Below the pieces are notes generated by a model that had not been told where the DNA came from, did not search any database, and saw only the letters and a program-made list of their open reading frames with translations. Below are positions 7,807 through 15,431 of a DNA stretch of 19,237 nt, in pieces. Each line of letters starts with the position of its first letter. The stretch's first letter is position 1. The position numbers were made by a program, and so were the translations under genes. Source of the DNA: Candidatus Nanohalobium sp. (lineage in GTDB: Archaea > Nanohalarchaeota > Nanosalinia > Nanosalinales > Nanosalinaceae); contig JBDGSL010000075.1 of assembly GCA_042217555.1 (NCBI GenBank), forward strand, positions 1 to 19,237, in the 5' to 3' direction.

Positions 7807-7928
7807 GATCAAACTTCCGCAAACTCCTTGAGTTTGCTGGTTGCAGAAGATCTCCGATCTTCGAATTCAGAAGTTTGGGCCCGAAGCAACTACGTTGCTT
7901 CTGAAACCAGCTTTCCAGAAGTGGAAAG
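7807..7928. repeat. Array of short perfect palindromes related to the tRNA intron modules
   Basis: Hairpins at 7819-7837, 7846-7862, 7883-7901 and 7911-7928. Longer-range stems 7810-7817/7870-7877 and 7836-7849/7898-7911. Confidence 0.85.
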
Positions 7929-8053
7929 ATGGGCCAGACGAAGTATTACTCCATAAAGCCAGTATTCCGCCCGGACTCTGGGTTGTAAGTCGGGTTTTAC
8001 AGTATAAATAATAGTAGAATAAAGGTAAAAATGTGAGGGAGACTGAGGAGGGA

Positions 8054-8173
8054 TTAAACCATAAATCCCATTTCCTCTTCCTCCTGATCGATGAGGTCTT
8101 TCTCTGCTTCCTTCTCCTCTATCAACTCTCTGATCTTCTCGTCCAGTTTCTCATCGAGGTCTTTGTCTGTCAT
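8054..8173 (-). CDS. 39-aa acidic peptide MTDKDLDEKLDEKIRELIEEKEAEKDLIDQEEEEMGFMV (absent from the ORF track)
   Basis: ATG at 8173 and TAA at 8054-8056; strong SD GGAGGTGA a few nt upstream; halophile-like composition. Confidence 0.7.
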   Translation of the reverse strand: MTDKDLDEKLDEKIRELIEEKEAEKDLIDQEEEEMGFMV

Positions 8174-8331
8174 TATTTCTCACCTCCTGTTTCTCAAGTT
8201 CTCTGACGATTTTCGCAATCCCTCTCATTCGGAAGTAGTGGGGTATGATGTCGCCATTTCTTTCTGAATTAATTGAGAATATTTAGAGATTCTCAAATCT
8301 GGTGTTGAGCTCTGTTCTGGGGATAGATGAC

Positions 8332-8348
8332 GGAAAAAACTTAAGTAT
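8332..8348 (+). promoter_or_regulatory. Putative BRE/TATA promoter for the GNAT pair
   Basis: GGAAAAAA followed by CTTAAGTA, about 23 nt before ATG 8370 (leaderless-type spacing). Confidence 0.4.
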
Positions 8349-8369
8349 AAGAGTTCGTTAATCTTGACT

Positions 8370-8891
8370 ATGTTCTTGGAAAAAGAAGATGTTGGTTTGA
8401 GACCTGTCGAAATATCAGATTATGAGTTTGTAAAATCTCTGTATGATATGGATGATATCAAGCAAAATTTTGGAGGGGTTCCAAGACCATTAACTCTGTC
8501 AAGGTTTGAAGAAAAAGTAGAAAAGTTTGAAAATTCATCACCAGAGGCTTATTTCATAATAGAATATGAATCTGAACCTGTTGGCCAGATTAAGCTACAG
8601 GATATAGATGACTTTCATAGAACAGCGAATCTGACCGGTTTAGCATTAAAACCTGATGTTAGAGGAGAGGGGGTAGGAAAAAATGCGATAGAGATGGTTC
8701 TTAACTACGGCTTGGATGAGCTCAATCTACATAAAATAAGAGCAGATATTATCGAAGGAAACGAACAAGGAAGATCGGTATTGGAAAAATGTAATTTCAA
8801 GGAAGAAGCAGTTTTAAAGCAGGAAATTTTTAGAAATGGAGATTATCTTGATGTTATCAGATTTAGAAAATTTCAAGGTGAGATAGAATGA
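8370..8891 (+). CDS. GNAT N-acetyltransferase, RimJ/RimL (SpeG-like) family
   Basis: LRPVE, acetyl-CoA motif VRGEGVGK, YGLDELNLHKI, N...LEKCNFKEEAVLK. Confidence 0.9.
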   Translation: MFLEKEDVGLRPVEISDYEFVKSLYDMDDIKQNFGGVPRPLTLSRFEEKVEKFENSSPEAYFIIEYESEPVGQIKLQDIDDFHRTANLTGLALKPDVRGEGVGKNAIEMVLNYGLDELNLHKIRADIIEGNEQGRSVLEKCNFKEEAVLKQEIFRNGDYLDVIRFRKFQGEIE

Positions 8892-9415
8892 ACAAAAATT
8901 TTATTGAGGGAGAAAGAGTCAGTCTTCGAGGAATAGAGGAAGAAGATGCCTCATTTATCAAGGAAAACATCAATAAATCTGATATTAGGCTTTTTGTCGA
9001 TCATAGAGGCCCTACAACTTCGAGAAAGGAAGAGGACTTTATTAGAGAAGTAAACAACGATGATTCAAGGTTCTCTTTCATCATTATGTATGAAGGCGAG
9101 AGAGTAGGATTTATCGAGTTGAAGACATTATTGACCGAGTCACGACTTGGAGAGATTGAGATATGGGTTGATCCCGAATATCAAGGAGAGGGAATCGGTA
9201 AGAAGTCATCTGAAATGATTGTAGATTTCGGCTTCAACCATCTTAATTTCCATAAAATAATAGCTAAACTCCACTCATCTAACAAATCATCAGAAAGTAT
9301 TTGGCAGGAATTAGATTTCGATAGAGAAGGAAGAATGAAGAAGGCTTTGATTTTAGATGGAGAATGGGTTGATGCTCTAACTTATGGTATGTTAAGAGAA
9401 GATTGGGTTGAATGA
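8888..9415 (+). CDS. GNAT N-acetyltransferase, RimJ/RimL family (second copy)
   Basis: IEGERVSLR, PEYQGEGIGK, FGFNHLNFHKI, YGMLREDW; ATGA overlap with the first GNAT. Confidence 0.92.
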   Translation: MNKNFIEGERVSLRGIEEEDASFIKENINKSDIRLFVDHRGPTTSRKEEDFIREVNNDDSRFSFIIMYEGERVGFIELKTLLTESRLGEIEIWVDPEYQGEGIGKKSSEMIVDFGFNHLNFHKIIAKLHSSNKSSESIWQELDFDREGRMKKALILDGEWVDALTYGMLREDWVE

Positions 9416-9444
9416 GATTTAGAGGTTGAGCAATTTAGCCTCTT

Positions 9445-9759
9445 CCTCAAATTTTATCCATATTTTCGGCCAGCAACTCTGCCGAGTTCTTCTCTATTAT
9501 ATCGCCTTCATCAAGATTGAGTTCTTGGAGAATAATGTCCAATATCTCTCGATGCCTCATCTATCTTGAAGTCGATGTGAGGAGCTATGGTACTCCATCG
9601 AGAGGCGAATCCTGAGTTTGAAGCAGAGTCTGTCCGACTTCTCCACCTGTCAAAGTACTCGTCCAGTACTTCCTTGTTATGTTCTGATAGTTCTTTGGTT
9701 TTAGCAAGACTTGAGTTGATGTGATATAGATTCGGGTATTGTTCTTTGTAGTTTGCCAT
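9445..9759 (-). pseudogene. Probable N-terminal remnant of a tyrosine integrase
   Basis: ELSEHNKEVLDEYF...IDFKIDEASR, continuing after a frameshift as ILDIILQELNLDEGDII..., resembles archaeal integrase N-domains. It starts about 105 bp from the tRNA 3' end and has no catalytic domain. Confidence 0.5.
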
Positions 9760-9865
9760 TTCTGGGCGTCACCGTGCCCGGAGCCCGGCGGAATTACTTT
9801 CTTATATCCCGGTTCGGACTTGAACAGAAACAGTCTTGGGCGAGGGATATGCTATATGGAGTAAA

Positions 9866-9995
9866 TGGGCCAGACGGGATTTGAACCCGCGACTACCAGG
9901 TATCTATGCTTTTTTGGCTCTGTAGTCCATGCATAGCATGGCTTGGAGGCGCAGGCGTAAGAGCCTGGTGCTCTGCCAGACTGAGCTACCGGCCC
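9866..9995 (-). tRNA. tRNA-Lys(CUU) with ~56-nt intron at 37/38 (intron ~9902..9957)
   Basis: Acceptor GGGCCGG/CTGGCCC, anticodon stem CCAGG/CCTGG, loop CT-CTT-A^A, T arm GCGGG TTCAAAT CCCGT. Central BHB helix CTCT/ATAG has one mismatch. Confidence 0.9.
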
Positions 9996-10067
9996 TTTTT
10001 GTCAGGATAGCTCTGTAGTTGTGTTCTGATGGGTTAAGGTTGTTGGAGGGGAGAAATGAGGGAAGAT

Positions 10068-10622
10068 TTATTTCCGGAGTTCGGTTTTCCGGATTTCGAG
10101 TTCTCTGAATGGGTAGATCTTCTCCGCTTTGTCTCTCATCTCTTCCTGGATGTTGTCGGTGAAGATGTTTTCCATGAATTCGTTGTATACTTGTTCGGAT
10201 GCGTTTTCTTCCAGGATTTCCTGCATCTTTTCTCTTACTGCTTGAAGTGTTCTTGTGGATGTCTTTCTCAGTGTTGATCCGACGATTTTGACTCTGACTT
10301 CTCTTCCGTCTTCTGTTTCTACGTCGTGGACCATGTCGAACCGGTCGCTTCTCTTTGAGACAAGTCTTGATACGAACTCGGATGAGCATTCAAGGCCTTT
10401 TATCTCTGTGAAGGCTTTGTTGCCTTCTACTTCCGTCACTTTCAGGGTGACGTCCATGTAGTATTTGCTTGTGTTATCCATCAATTCGTTTAGTCCTTCC
10501 TTGATGGTTCTTCCTTTGACCTGTGAAGCTTTCTCGGCCGGAGTCTCAGATACTTCCTCGACGTCAAATATATCCGGCGCCTGAACAGTAAACCAGTTTT
10601 TCTGCAGTACAGCCTTAGCCAT
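10068..10622 (-). CDS. rps3ae: 30S ribosomal protein S3Ae (eS1)
   Basis: KNWFTVQAPDIF, ETPAEK..VKGRTI, KIYPFRELEIRK. Confidence 0.95.
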   Translation of the reverse strand: MAKAVLQKNWFTVQAPDIFDVEEVSETPAEKASQVKGRTIKEGLNELMDNTSKYYMDVTLKVTEVEGNKAFTEIKGLECSSEFVSRLVSKRSDRFDMVHDVETEDGREVRVKIVGSTLRKTSTRTLQAVREKMQEILEENASEQVYNEFMENIFTDNIQEEMRDKAEKIYPFRELEIRKTELRK

Positions 10623-10656
10623 ACAATTACCCAGAAGTCAAAACTTTATAAACAGT

Positions 10657-10941
10657 GTGTGGAGCAGGGAGGAAATATACAAGGAAGCGGTTGAAGAAGC
10701 CTACCACGACTTCAGAGATGTTTTCGGTCTGGACAGAGATATCAGTTTTGTGCTGGCTGAAGCCGTTGTCTCAGTATTGGAGGACGGGCATAAGGAAATC
10801 CCAGCGCAGGCTTATAGCCAGGGCTTCTCCGTTGACCTGGATACGGAAGGCCATGATATGGAAGTGCCTACAGTCTTCCTGATAACGACCAGCCAGTACG
10901 AGTACTGGGAAGACTCACTGAAGTGTGGAGGTAAGAAGTAG
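10657..10941 (+). CDS. Hypothetical acidic protein
   Basis: 94 aa, GTG start, acidic, divergent from rps3ae; no recognised family. Confidence 0.55.
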   Translation: MWSREEIYKEAVEEAYHDFRDVFGLDRDISFVLAEAVVSVLEDGHKEIPAQAYSQGFSVDLDTEGHDMEVPTVFLITTSQYEYWEDSLKCGGKK

Positions 10942-11382
10942 AAAAATCAATAGAAAATCTCTACGGTGAAGACTGAATGTAACTGGATGATATTCCGAAA
11001 GTTTCAGATGAGAGATTGAGGGAGAGTGTTGAGGAGGGTTTTGAGAGTATTCTAACTTGATAGTTGACATCTCTTTGTTTACTTTCTTTTCCAGTTCCGG
11101 TATCTCGTTCTGTATTATGTCCCAGATTATGTCTTTGTCTGCTCTGAAGTACTGGTGTACAAGCACGTCTCTGAGATCCGATATATTTCTCCACTCAAAG
11201 TCGTCATCTTCATCTTCAATGATCTTGGCTGCTTCTCCTATATTTTCCAGATTGTTTATGGTCGTATCTACTGTTTTCTGATTTGAAACAAAACTTTCGT
11301 AGTCCATCTCTTTAGTGTATTCTTGAATACGTCGGATGGACTATAGGATGTCTTCAAGGTAGTCTTTACGCTTCCTTGCCAT
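10915..11382 (-). pseudogene. hepT: HepT-like HEPN (DUF86) RNase toxin with in-frame amber stop
   Basis: Start ATG 11382 gives MARKRKDYLEDIL*SIRRIQEY (TAG at 11341-11343), then IGEAAK and the HEPN motif RDVLVHQY. The C-terminus appears to run on into unrelated sequence. Confidence 0.85.
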
Positions 11383-11668
11383 ACTTTACCTCTTCCAGAA
11401 TCCTGTCCTTCATCGAAGGCTTGACGGAACTCTTAGTCACGAGATCAACTTCTTTCCCTAATTCATTTTCGAGAAAACGCTTTAAACCTATGAAATTCCT
11501 GTATGACTTCTCACTATCCACGAACTCGACAAGAAAGTCGATGTCGCTTGATTCATCTTGTTCTTCCCTGCTCACAGAACCGAAAACACCGATTCTCTCA
11601 ACCCCAAAGGATTCAATCTCACCTCTGTTCTCATCCAGGAAATCCAAAACCTCATCGGAAGACATCAT
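11366..11668 (-). CDS. mntA: MntA minimal nucleotidyltransferase antitoxin
   Basis: FGVERIGVFGSVSR...SSDIDFLVEF...LGKEVDLVT; overlaps the HEPN gene start. Confidence 0.92.
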   Translation of the reverse strand: MMSSDEVLDFLDENRGEIESFGVERIGVFGSVSREEQDESSDIDFLVEFVDSEKSYRNFIGLKRFLENELGKEVDLVTKSSVKPSMKDRILEEVKYGKEA

Positions 11669-11712
11669 AACTAACACTTATTCCCACAAATCTAAAACAT
11701 TAACGGAGTCCT

Positions 11713-13092
11713 TCAGACTGCCTCAGATACTTTCTCTTCCAGAGACTCCATGAAGTTCTCCTTCTTTTCTCTCGGTATTTTTGCTCCTGCTGCGACGTTG
11801 TGGCCTCCTCCTTCTCCGTCAACTTCCTCACATATTTCACCTATGATTTCTCCGAGGTTGAAGCCGTCTTCTACTACTTCTTTTGAGGCCCGGGAAGATA
11901 TCTTGATTTTTTCCTTCTCTGCGTGGGCAGCGCCTACTACGATGGGTGCGGAGAATACTCCGTTGCTCATGGTGATGGTTGTGACTGTTCCGATGAAGTC
12001 GGCGTCGATGTTGTCTTCTGCGTCGATAACTCCGATAGAGTCTTCGTAGACCACATCGGTATCGTCCTTGTTTTCTTCGACGTATCCGAGAGATGAGCTG
12101 ATTTTCCGTCCGTATTTCCGTGAGATTTTTTCCGCCAGTTCCAGGTCGTTTTCAAGCAGTATTTTGACACCTTTACGTGGTTCTCCGAGTCGGCCGCAGG
12201 CGTTGATTATAGTGGAGAATTCATCGATCTCGTAGCCGTTGTCCAGGGTGTAGATGTCGTTGAGAAGTTGTTGGACGGGGTAGCCGCGTTTGATCATCTT
12301 GTGTATAAGCTTCTGTTCTTCTTCCTCTGATAGATCTGCAAGTGTACGGAAGTCTCCGTTTTCCCTGATGTCTATTCCTGCTGACTTTACCAGTTGGATT
12401 GCTCCGGATTCGTTGTTAGATACTCCTTCCAGGTGTGGGTCGGAGGTGTACATAAGCGATTTCTGAAGTGGTTTCGTCGTTCTACCATACAGATCGAGGC
12501 CTTGTCGCTTCTCTACTATATCGTTTTCAACTGCTTCCTTTTCAAGATCTTTGTTTAAGCCTAGGAACTCTCCATCCTGTTTCTGGACGTCTCCGGTCGC
12601 ACCTATTAATGCGTACTTAACCAGGTCCGTGTTTTCTTCGTCGACTGCCTTCGCCAGCAGATAGGTCATCCCTGCTGCTGAGATAGCTTCTCCTCCGTCA
12701 TGGCCCAGGTAGTGAGGGTTGAGATGGATCATGTCTTCCAGTTCTGTGGACTCCTCAGAGTCAAGAGCCGGCTCGTGGTGATCCGAGATGATGACTTCTT
12801 TGTCCGTTTCCTCCAGTATGTGCTGTTTTACAAGGTCGCTCTGCCCTGACCCGATATCAACAAATAAGATAAGTTCTTCCTCTTCTTCTGCGATTCTTTC
12901 CACGTCTTCTTCGTACAGCTGTTTCAGTATCTCGTATTTAAAGTTTTTTCCAAGTCTTTCAAGCATTTCATGGGCTACTGCAGTGGCGTTAATACCGTCA
13001 GCGTCGTACTGTCCGATCAACCGGATTCTGCCTTCGTAATTTCTTATTTTTTCAGCTGCCGGTTCCGCCTCTTCAAGGATGTCGTCAACCAT
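11713..13092 (-). CDS. recJ: RecJ/GAN (Cdc45-like) DHH family protein
   Basis: YDADG, DIGSG, SDHH, HLNP, GATGD, NACGRLG, GGGHNVAAGA; lies between rps15 and rps3ae as in many archaea. Confidence 0.9.
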   Translation of the reverse strand: MVDDILEEAEPAAEKIRNYEGRIRLIGQYDADGINATAVAHEMLERLGKNFKYEILKQLYEEDVERIAEEEEELILFVDIGSGQSDLVKQHILEETDKEVIISDHHEPALDSEESTELEDMIHLNPHYLGHDGGEAISAAGMTYLLAKAVDEENTDLVKYALIGATGDVQKQDGEFLGLNKDLEKEAVENDIVEKRQGLDLYGRTTKPLQKSLMYTSDPHLEGVSNNESGAIQLVKSAGIDIRENGDFRTLADLSEEEEQKLIHKMIKRGYPVQQLLNDIYTLDNGYEIDEFSTIINACGRLGEPRKGVKILLENDLELAEKISRKYGRKISSSLGYVEENKDDTDVVYEDSIGVIDAEDNIDADFIGTVTTITMSNGVFSAPIVVGAAHAEKEKIKISSRASKEVVEDGFNLGEIIGEICEEVDGEGGGHNVAAGAKIPREKKENFMESLEEKVSEAV

Positions 13093-13214
13093 CTCTAGAA
13101 AACGGTTGAGTAAAAGCTTCTTTTATGCATTTTGAATCTGAAGTTTCTACCCTGGTTTTCCCCGTAAACCCGGCCCAGGTTTTTATATTACGGGAGGTGT
13201 AAGAGGGTTTTTTT

Positions 13215-14027
13215 ATGGACTTGGAGATTGATGAGTCCAGGATTTTCTATAGCCTGGGTTCTTTTCTCGGTGTGCTGGCGTTGATTTACTTTGGACATGA
13301 GCTTATATTTGATCTTTCACCTACTGTGAAGACCTTTATGCTTCTTTCAGGGACCGGTCTTTTCCTGTCTGCTGCAGATGTCTTTGAGAACGGTTTGATG
13401 AAGACTTCTCTCTATGTTCTGTCTGCTTTTTCCTACCTGGTATTTCTGGTCTACATGTTTGCACGTTTTGATTTCACGAGCAGCCAGATCTTCGCTGTAT
13501 TGACAGTTTCTTCTGCGGTTTTCATGGCGCTCGGATACGTCAGAAGTGAGAAAGGTTTCAGGCTGGAAACCGGGAATGCAAAGAAGGTTATCGCGGGTTT
13601 AACGGTGTTGCTTTTTGCAGTGGTTCTGTTTGACGTGACCGGTGCGCAGCCTGAATACAGTCTTTCCCTCCGTGAGGAAGTTAAAGTGGTTGAAGGCAGA
13701 GAGTTCTCCGTAGGCGTCCTTGAAGTCAGTAACAGTTTTCCTCTTTCCCGCAGTCTTGAACCTCCAAGCTACGAGGGATGTATCTCGAAAAAAGGTAATG
13801 ATTCACGTCCGATCTATATCAGTCCTTCCAGTAACGGTCTTATTGCAGGTGGAGAGACTGAACGGTTTAACCTGACTGATGAAGTTTATCCACGGCGGGA
13901 CGAAAACGTCAGTTACTCCGGAATTTACGGCGTTGAAAACAGTAGATGTCCGGATAAACCGGATAGATATATGATCTACCTGAGTGAATCCGTGGATAGT
14001 GAGGTAGTACATCGGTTTGACCGATAG
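13215..14027 (+). CDS. Membrane protein with about five N-terminal TM helices and a C-terminal soluble domain
   Basis: 270 aa, hydrophobic N-terminal half and a C-terminal domain with two Cys; TATA-like TTTTATAT upstream. Confidence 0.8.
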   Translation: MDLEIDESRIFYSLGSFLGVLALIYFGHELIFDLSPTVKTFMLLSGTGLFLSAADVFENGLMKTSLYVLSAFSYLVFLVYMFARFDFTSSQIFAVLTVSSAVFMALGYVRSEKGFRLETGNAKKVIAGLTVLLFAVVLFDVTGAQPEYSLSLREEVKVVEGREFSVGVLEVSNSFPLSRSLEPPSYEGCISKKGNDSRPIYISPSSNGLIAGGETERFNLTDEVYPRRDENVSYSGIYGVENSRCPDKPDRYMIYLSESVDSEVVHRFDR

Positions 14028-14086
14028 AACAGTTTAACTGGAAAAAATAGGTTGAGGAAGAGATACGAGAAGAGAAACCTGTTTTT

Positions 14087-14521
14087 TTACTCTTCTTCGT
14101 ACTTCCAGTTTTCCGGGATGTTGCCGTTTTCTCTGTGGTAGTTGGCTACTTTTCTGATCTTGGCTTTTGTAAGTTCCAGTCTTCTCTCTGCCTGTTCGTC
14201 GTTCCCGTTTTCCTTCAGATGTTCTTCGATGCTTTCTGCTTTCTCAACCAGGTTGTTGAGATCTTCCGGAGTCTCCGGTGCAACATCGTTCTCTTCAAGT
14301 ACTTCGGTTATCTTCTGTCCTGTGGCCTGTTTCACGCTTGGAACGCCGTACTGGTCTCTTAACTTCAGTCCTATCTGGGCAGGTTCAAGGCCGTCTTCCC
14401 TGAGTTCCAGGATGATCTCCTTTATCTCGTCTTCTCCGTATTCTACCCAGTCAGGGTTGTTTTTCTCTACAGGTTTGGAACTTCCGGAACTTCCGCTTGC
14501 GCTGTCATGCATTCTGCTCAT
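14087..14521 (-). CDS. rps15: 30S ribosomal protein S15 (uS15)
   Basis: MSRMH...GSSGSSKP, IGLKLRDQYGVP, PEDLNNL, KIRKVANY, WKY; SD AAGGTGA upstream. Confidence 0.97.
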   Translation of the reverse strand: MSRMHDSASGSSGSSKPVEKNNPDWVEYGEDEIKEIILELREDGLEPAQIGLKLRDQYGVPSVKQATGQKITEVLEENDVAPETPEDLNNLVEKAESIEEHLKENGNDEQAERRLELTKAKIRKVANYHRENGNIPENWKYEEE

Positions 14522-14533
14522 AGAAAAACTATT

Positions 14534-14619
14534 TCACCTTTGGTACCGATCCAGTTCAGCCCTCCTTGATGGAGAACTCCGCTGGTCTAAAATCTAAAAC
14601 CGTGGAAAAACATTATAAA
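14534..14619 (-). promoter_or_regulatory. rps15 promoter and structured 5' leader
   Basis: TTTATAA at 14613-14619, hairpin at 14551-14585, SD at 14534-14540. Confidence 0.55.
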
Positions 14620-15159
14620 CTACTGCTTCTTCCTGCCGCAGGAATCACTCCAGATACCGACTTCTTCCCTCCGGGCCTGTCTCTCAAGACCTCTGTACTT
14701 CTTCCTGTAACTGAAAGAAGAGTTGTACACACGTGCATACCCTTTCCTGAGAAGTTCACGGCCCAGATCCGAAGAGTTATACCTTACATACGCCAGCAAG
14801 CGACCGTAACTACCTCTTAAGTCGCTTTCACTGTCCGTAACAACCTTCACCTCCCTGCCCTCCAGGTTTTCTCTGACATATATTGAAGCTTTCTCCCCCA
14901 TCTCTCTGAGGCATCTAAGGCTTCTTGAACTGTTTGGAAGGAAGAACTCAGCCGGGTGGTTTGATCCACTGGTTTCAGGAGTGTCAACGCCCAGCAACCT
15001 CACTACCTCTCTTCCATCACTTTTCTCCACTTCCAGCGTATCTCCATCTCTGACATGCGTAACAGTAGAACCGGATTCACGACTGAAATCAACACCTATA
15101 TTCAGCAGTGCCACTGCAAAAACCACTGCCAGCAGCACATCGATCAGTTTACGTCCCAC
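14620..15159 (-). CDS. Thermonuclease (SNase) family protein with N-terminal signal or anchor
   Basis: VRDGDT, VRLLGVDTPE, YGRLLAYV, LLRKGYARVY, ARREEVGIW; hydrophobic N-terminus. Confidence 0.93.
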   Translation of the reverse strand: MGRKLIDVLLAVVFAVALLNIGVDFSRESGSTVTHVRDGDTLEVEKSDGREVVRLLGVDTPETSGSNHPAEFFLPNSSRSLRCLREMGEKASIYVRENLEGREVKVVTDSESDLRGSYGRLLAYVRYNSSDLGRELLRKGYARVYNSSFSYRKKYRGLERQARREEVGIWSDSCGRKKQ

Positions 15160-15225
15160 AGTTCAAGAAAAAACAATCCAGGTTTAAACCATACACGGAA
15201 AAAACACATAAAGTTGAGAAAAGTG

Positions 15226-15345
15226 GTCAGGCAGCGTTCTGATTTTTCCGCCGTGAAGGGCAGTACCAGTCAGATCGCTTGAGGGACTTTACTTCCGTGT
15301 TCGGAATGGGTACGGGTGTTAACCCCCTCGCTATGGCCGCCTGTA
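15226..15345 (-). rRNA. rrf: 5S rRNA (stand-alone)
   Basis: Reverse complement AGGCGGCCATAGCG...ACACCCGTACCCATTCCGAACACGGAAGTAAAG...GGTACTG...CGCTGCCTG with complementary ends. TATA-like TTTATAAG about 25 nt upstream. Ends approximate. Confidence 0.93.
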
Positions 15346-15431
15346 CTAGGACCATGTACGCCCTACTCTTATAAACCACATGTATAGGAAGGGCCTTGCT
15401 TTATTTACATGGGCTTTCCAAAGTTTGCTGT

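Larger units (their letters stand above)
7929..9876. mobile_element. Decayed integrative element at the tRNA-Lys 3' end
   Basis: 12-bp direct repeat ATGGGCCAGACG at 7929-7940 and 9865-9876 (tRNA 3' end), visibly AT-richer cargo, and an integrase-like remnant beside the tRNA. Confidence 0.72.

Noticed and set aside
9904..10389. Arg-rich 161-aa ORF and the other antisense or alternative-frame ORFs in the track
   Set aside because: They overlap well-supported genes (here rps3ae and tRNA-Lys) and show shadow-frame composition.
11341..11343. Pyrrolysine or readthrough at the HEPN amber codon
   Set aside because: No pyl genes are visible and TAG is used as a normal stop elsewhere in the window; a nonsense mutation is simpler.
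15226..15345. Unlinked 5S rRNA as a novelty
   Set aside because: Separate 5S genes are common in DPANN and several other archaea.
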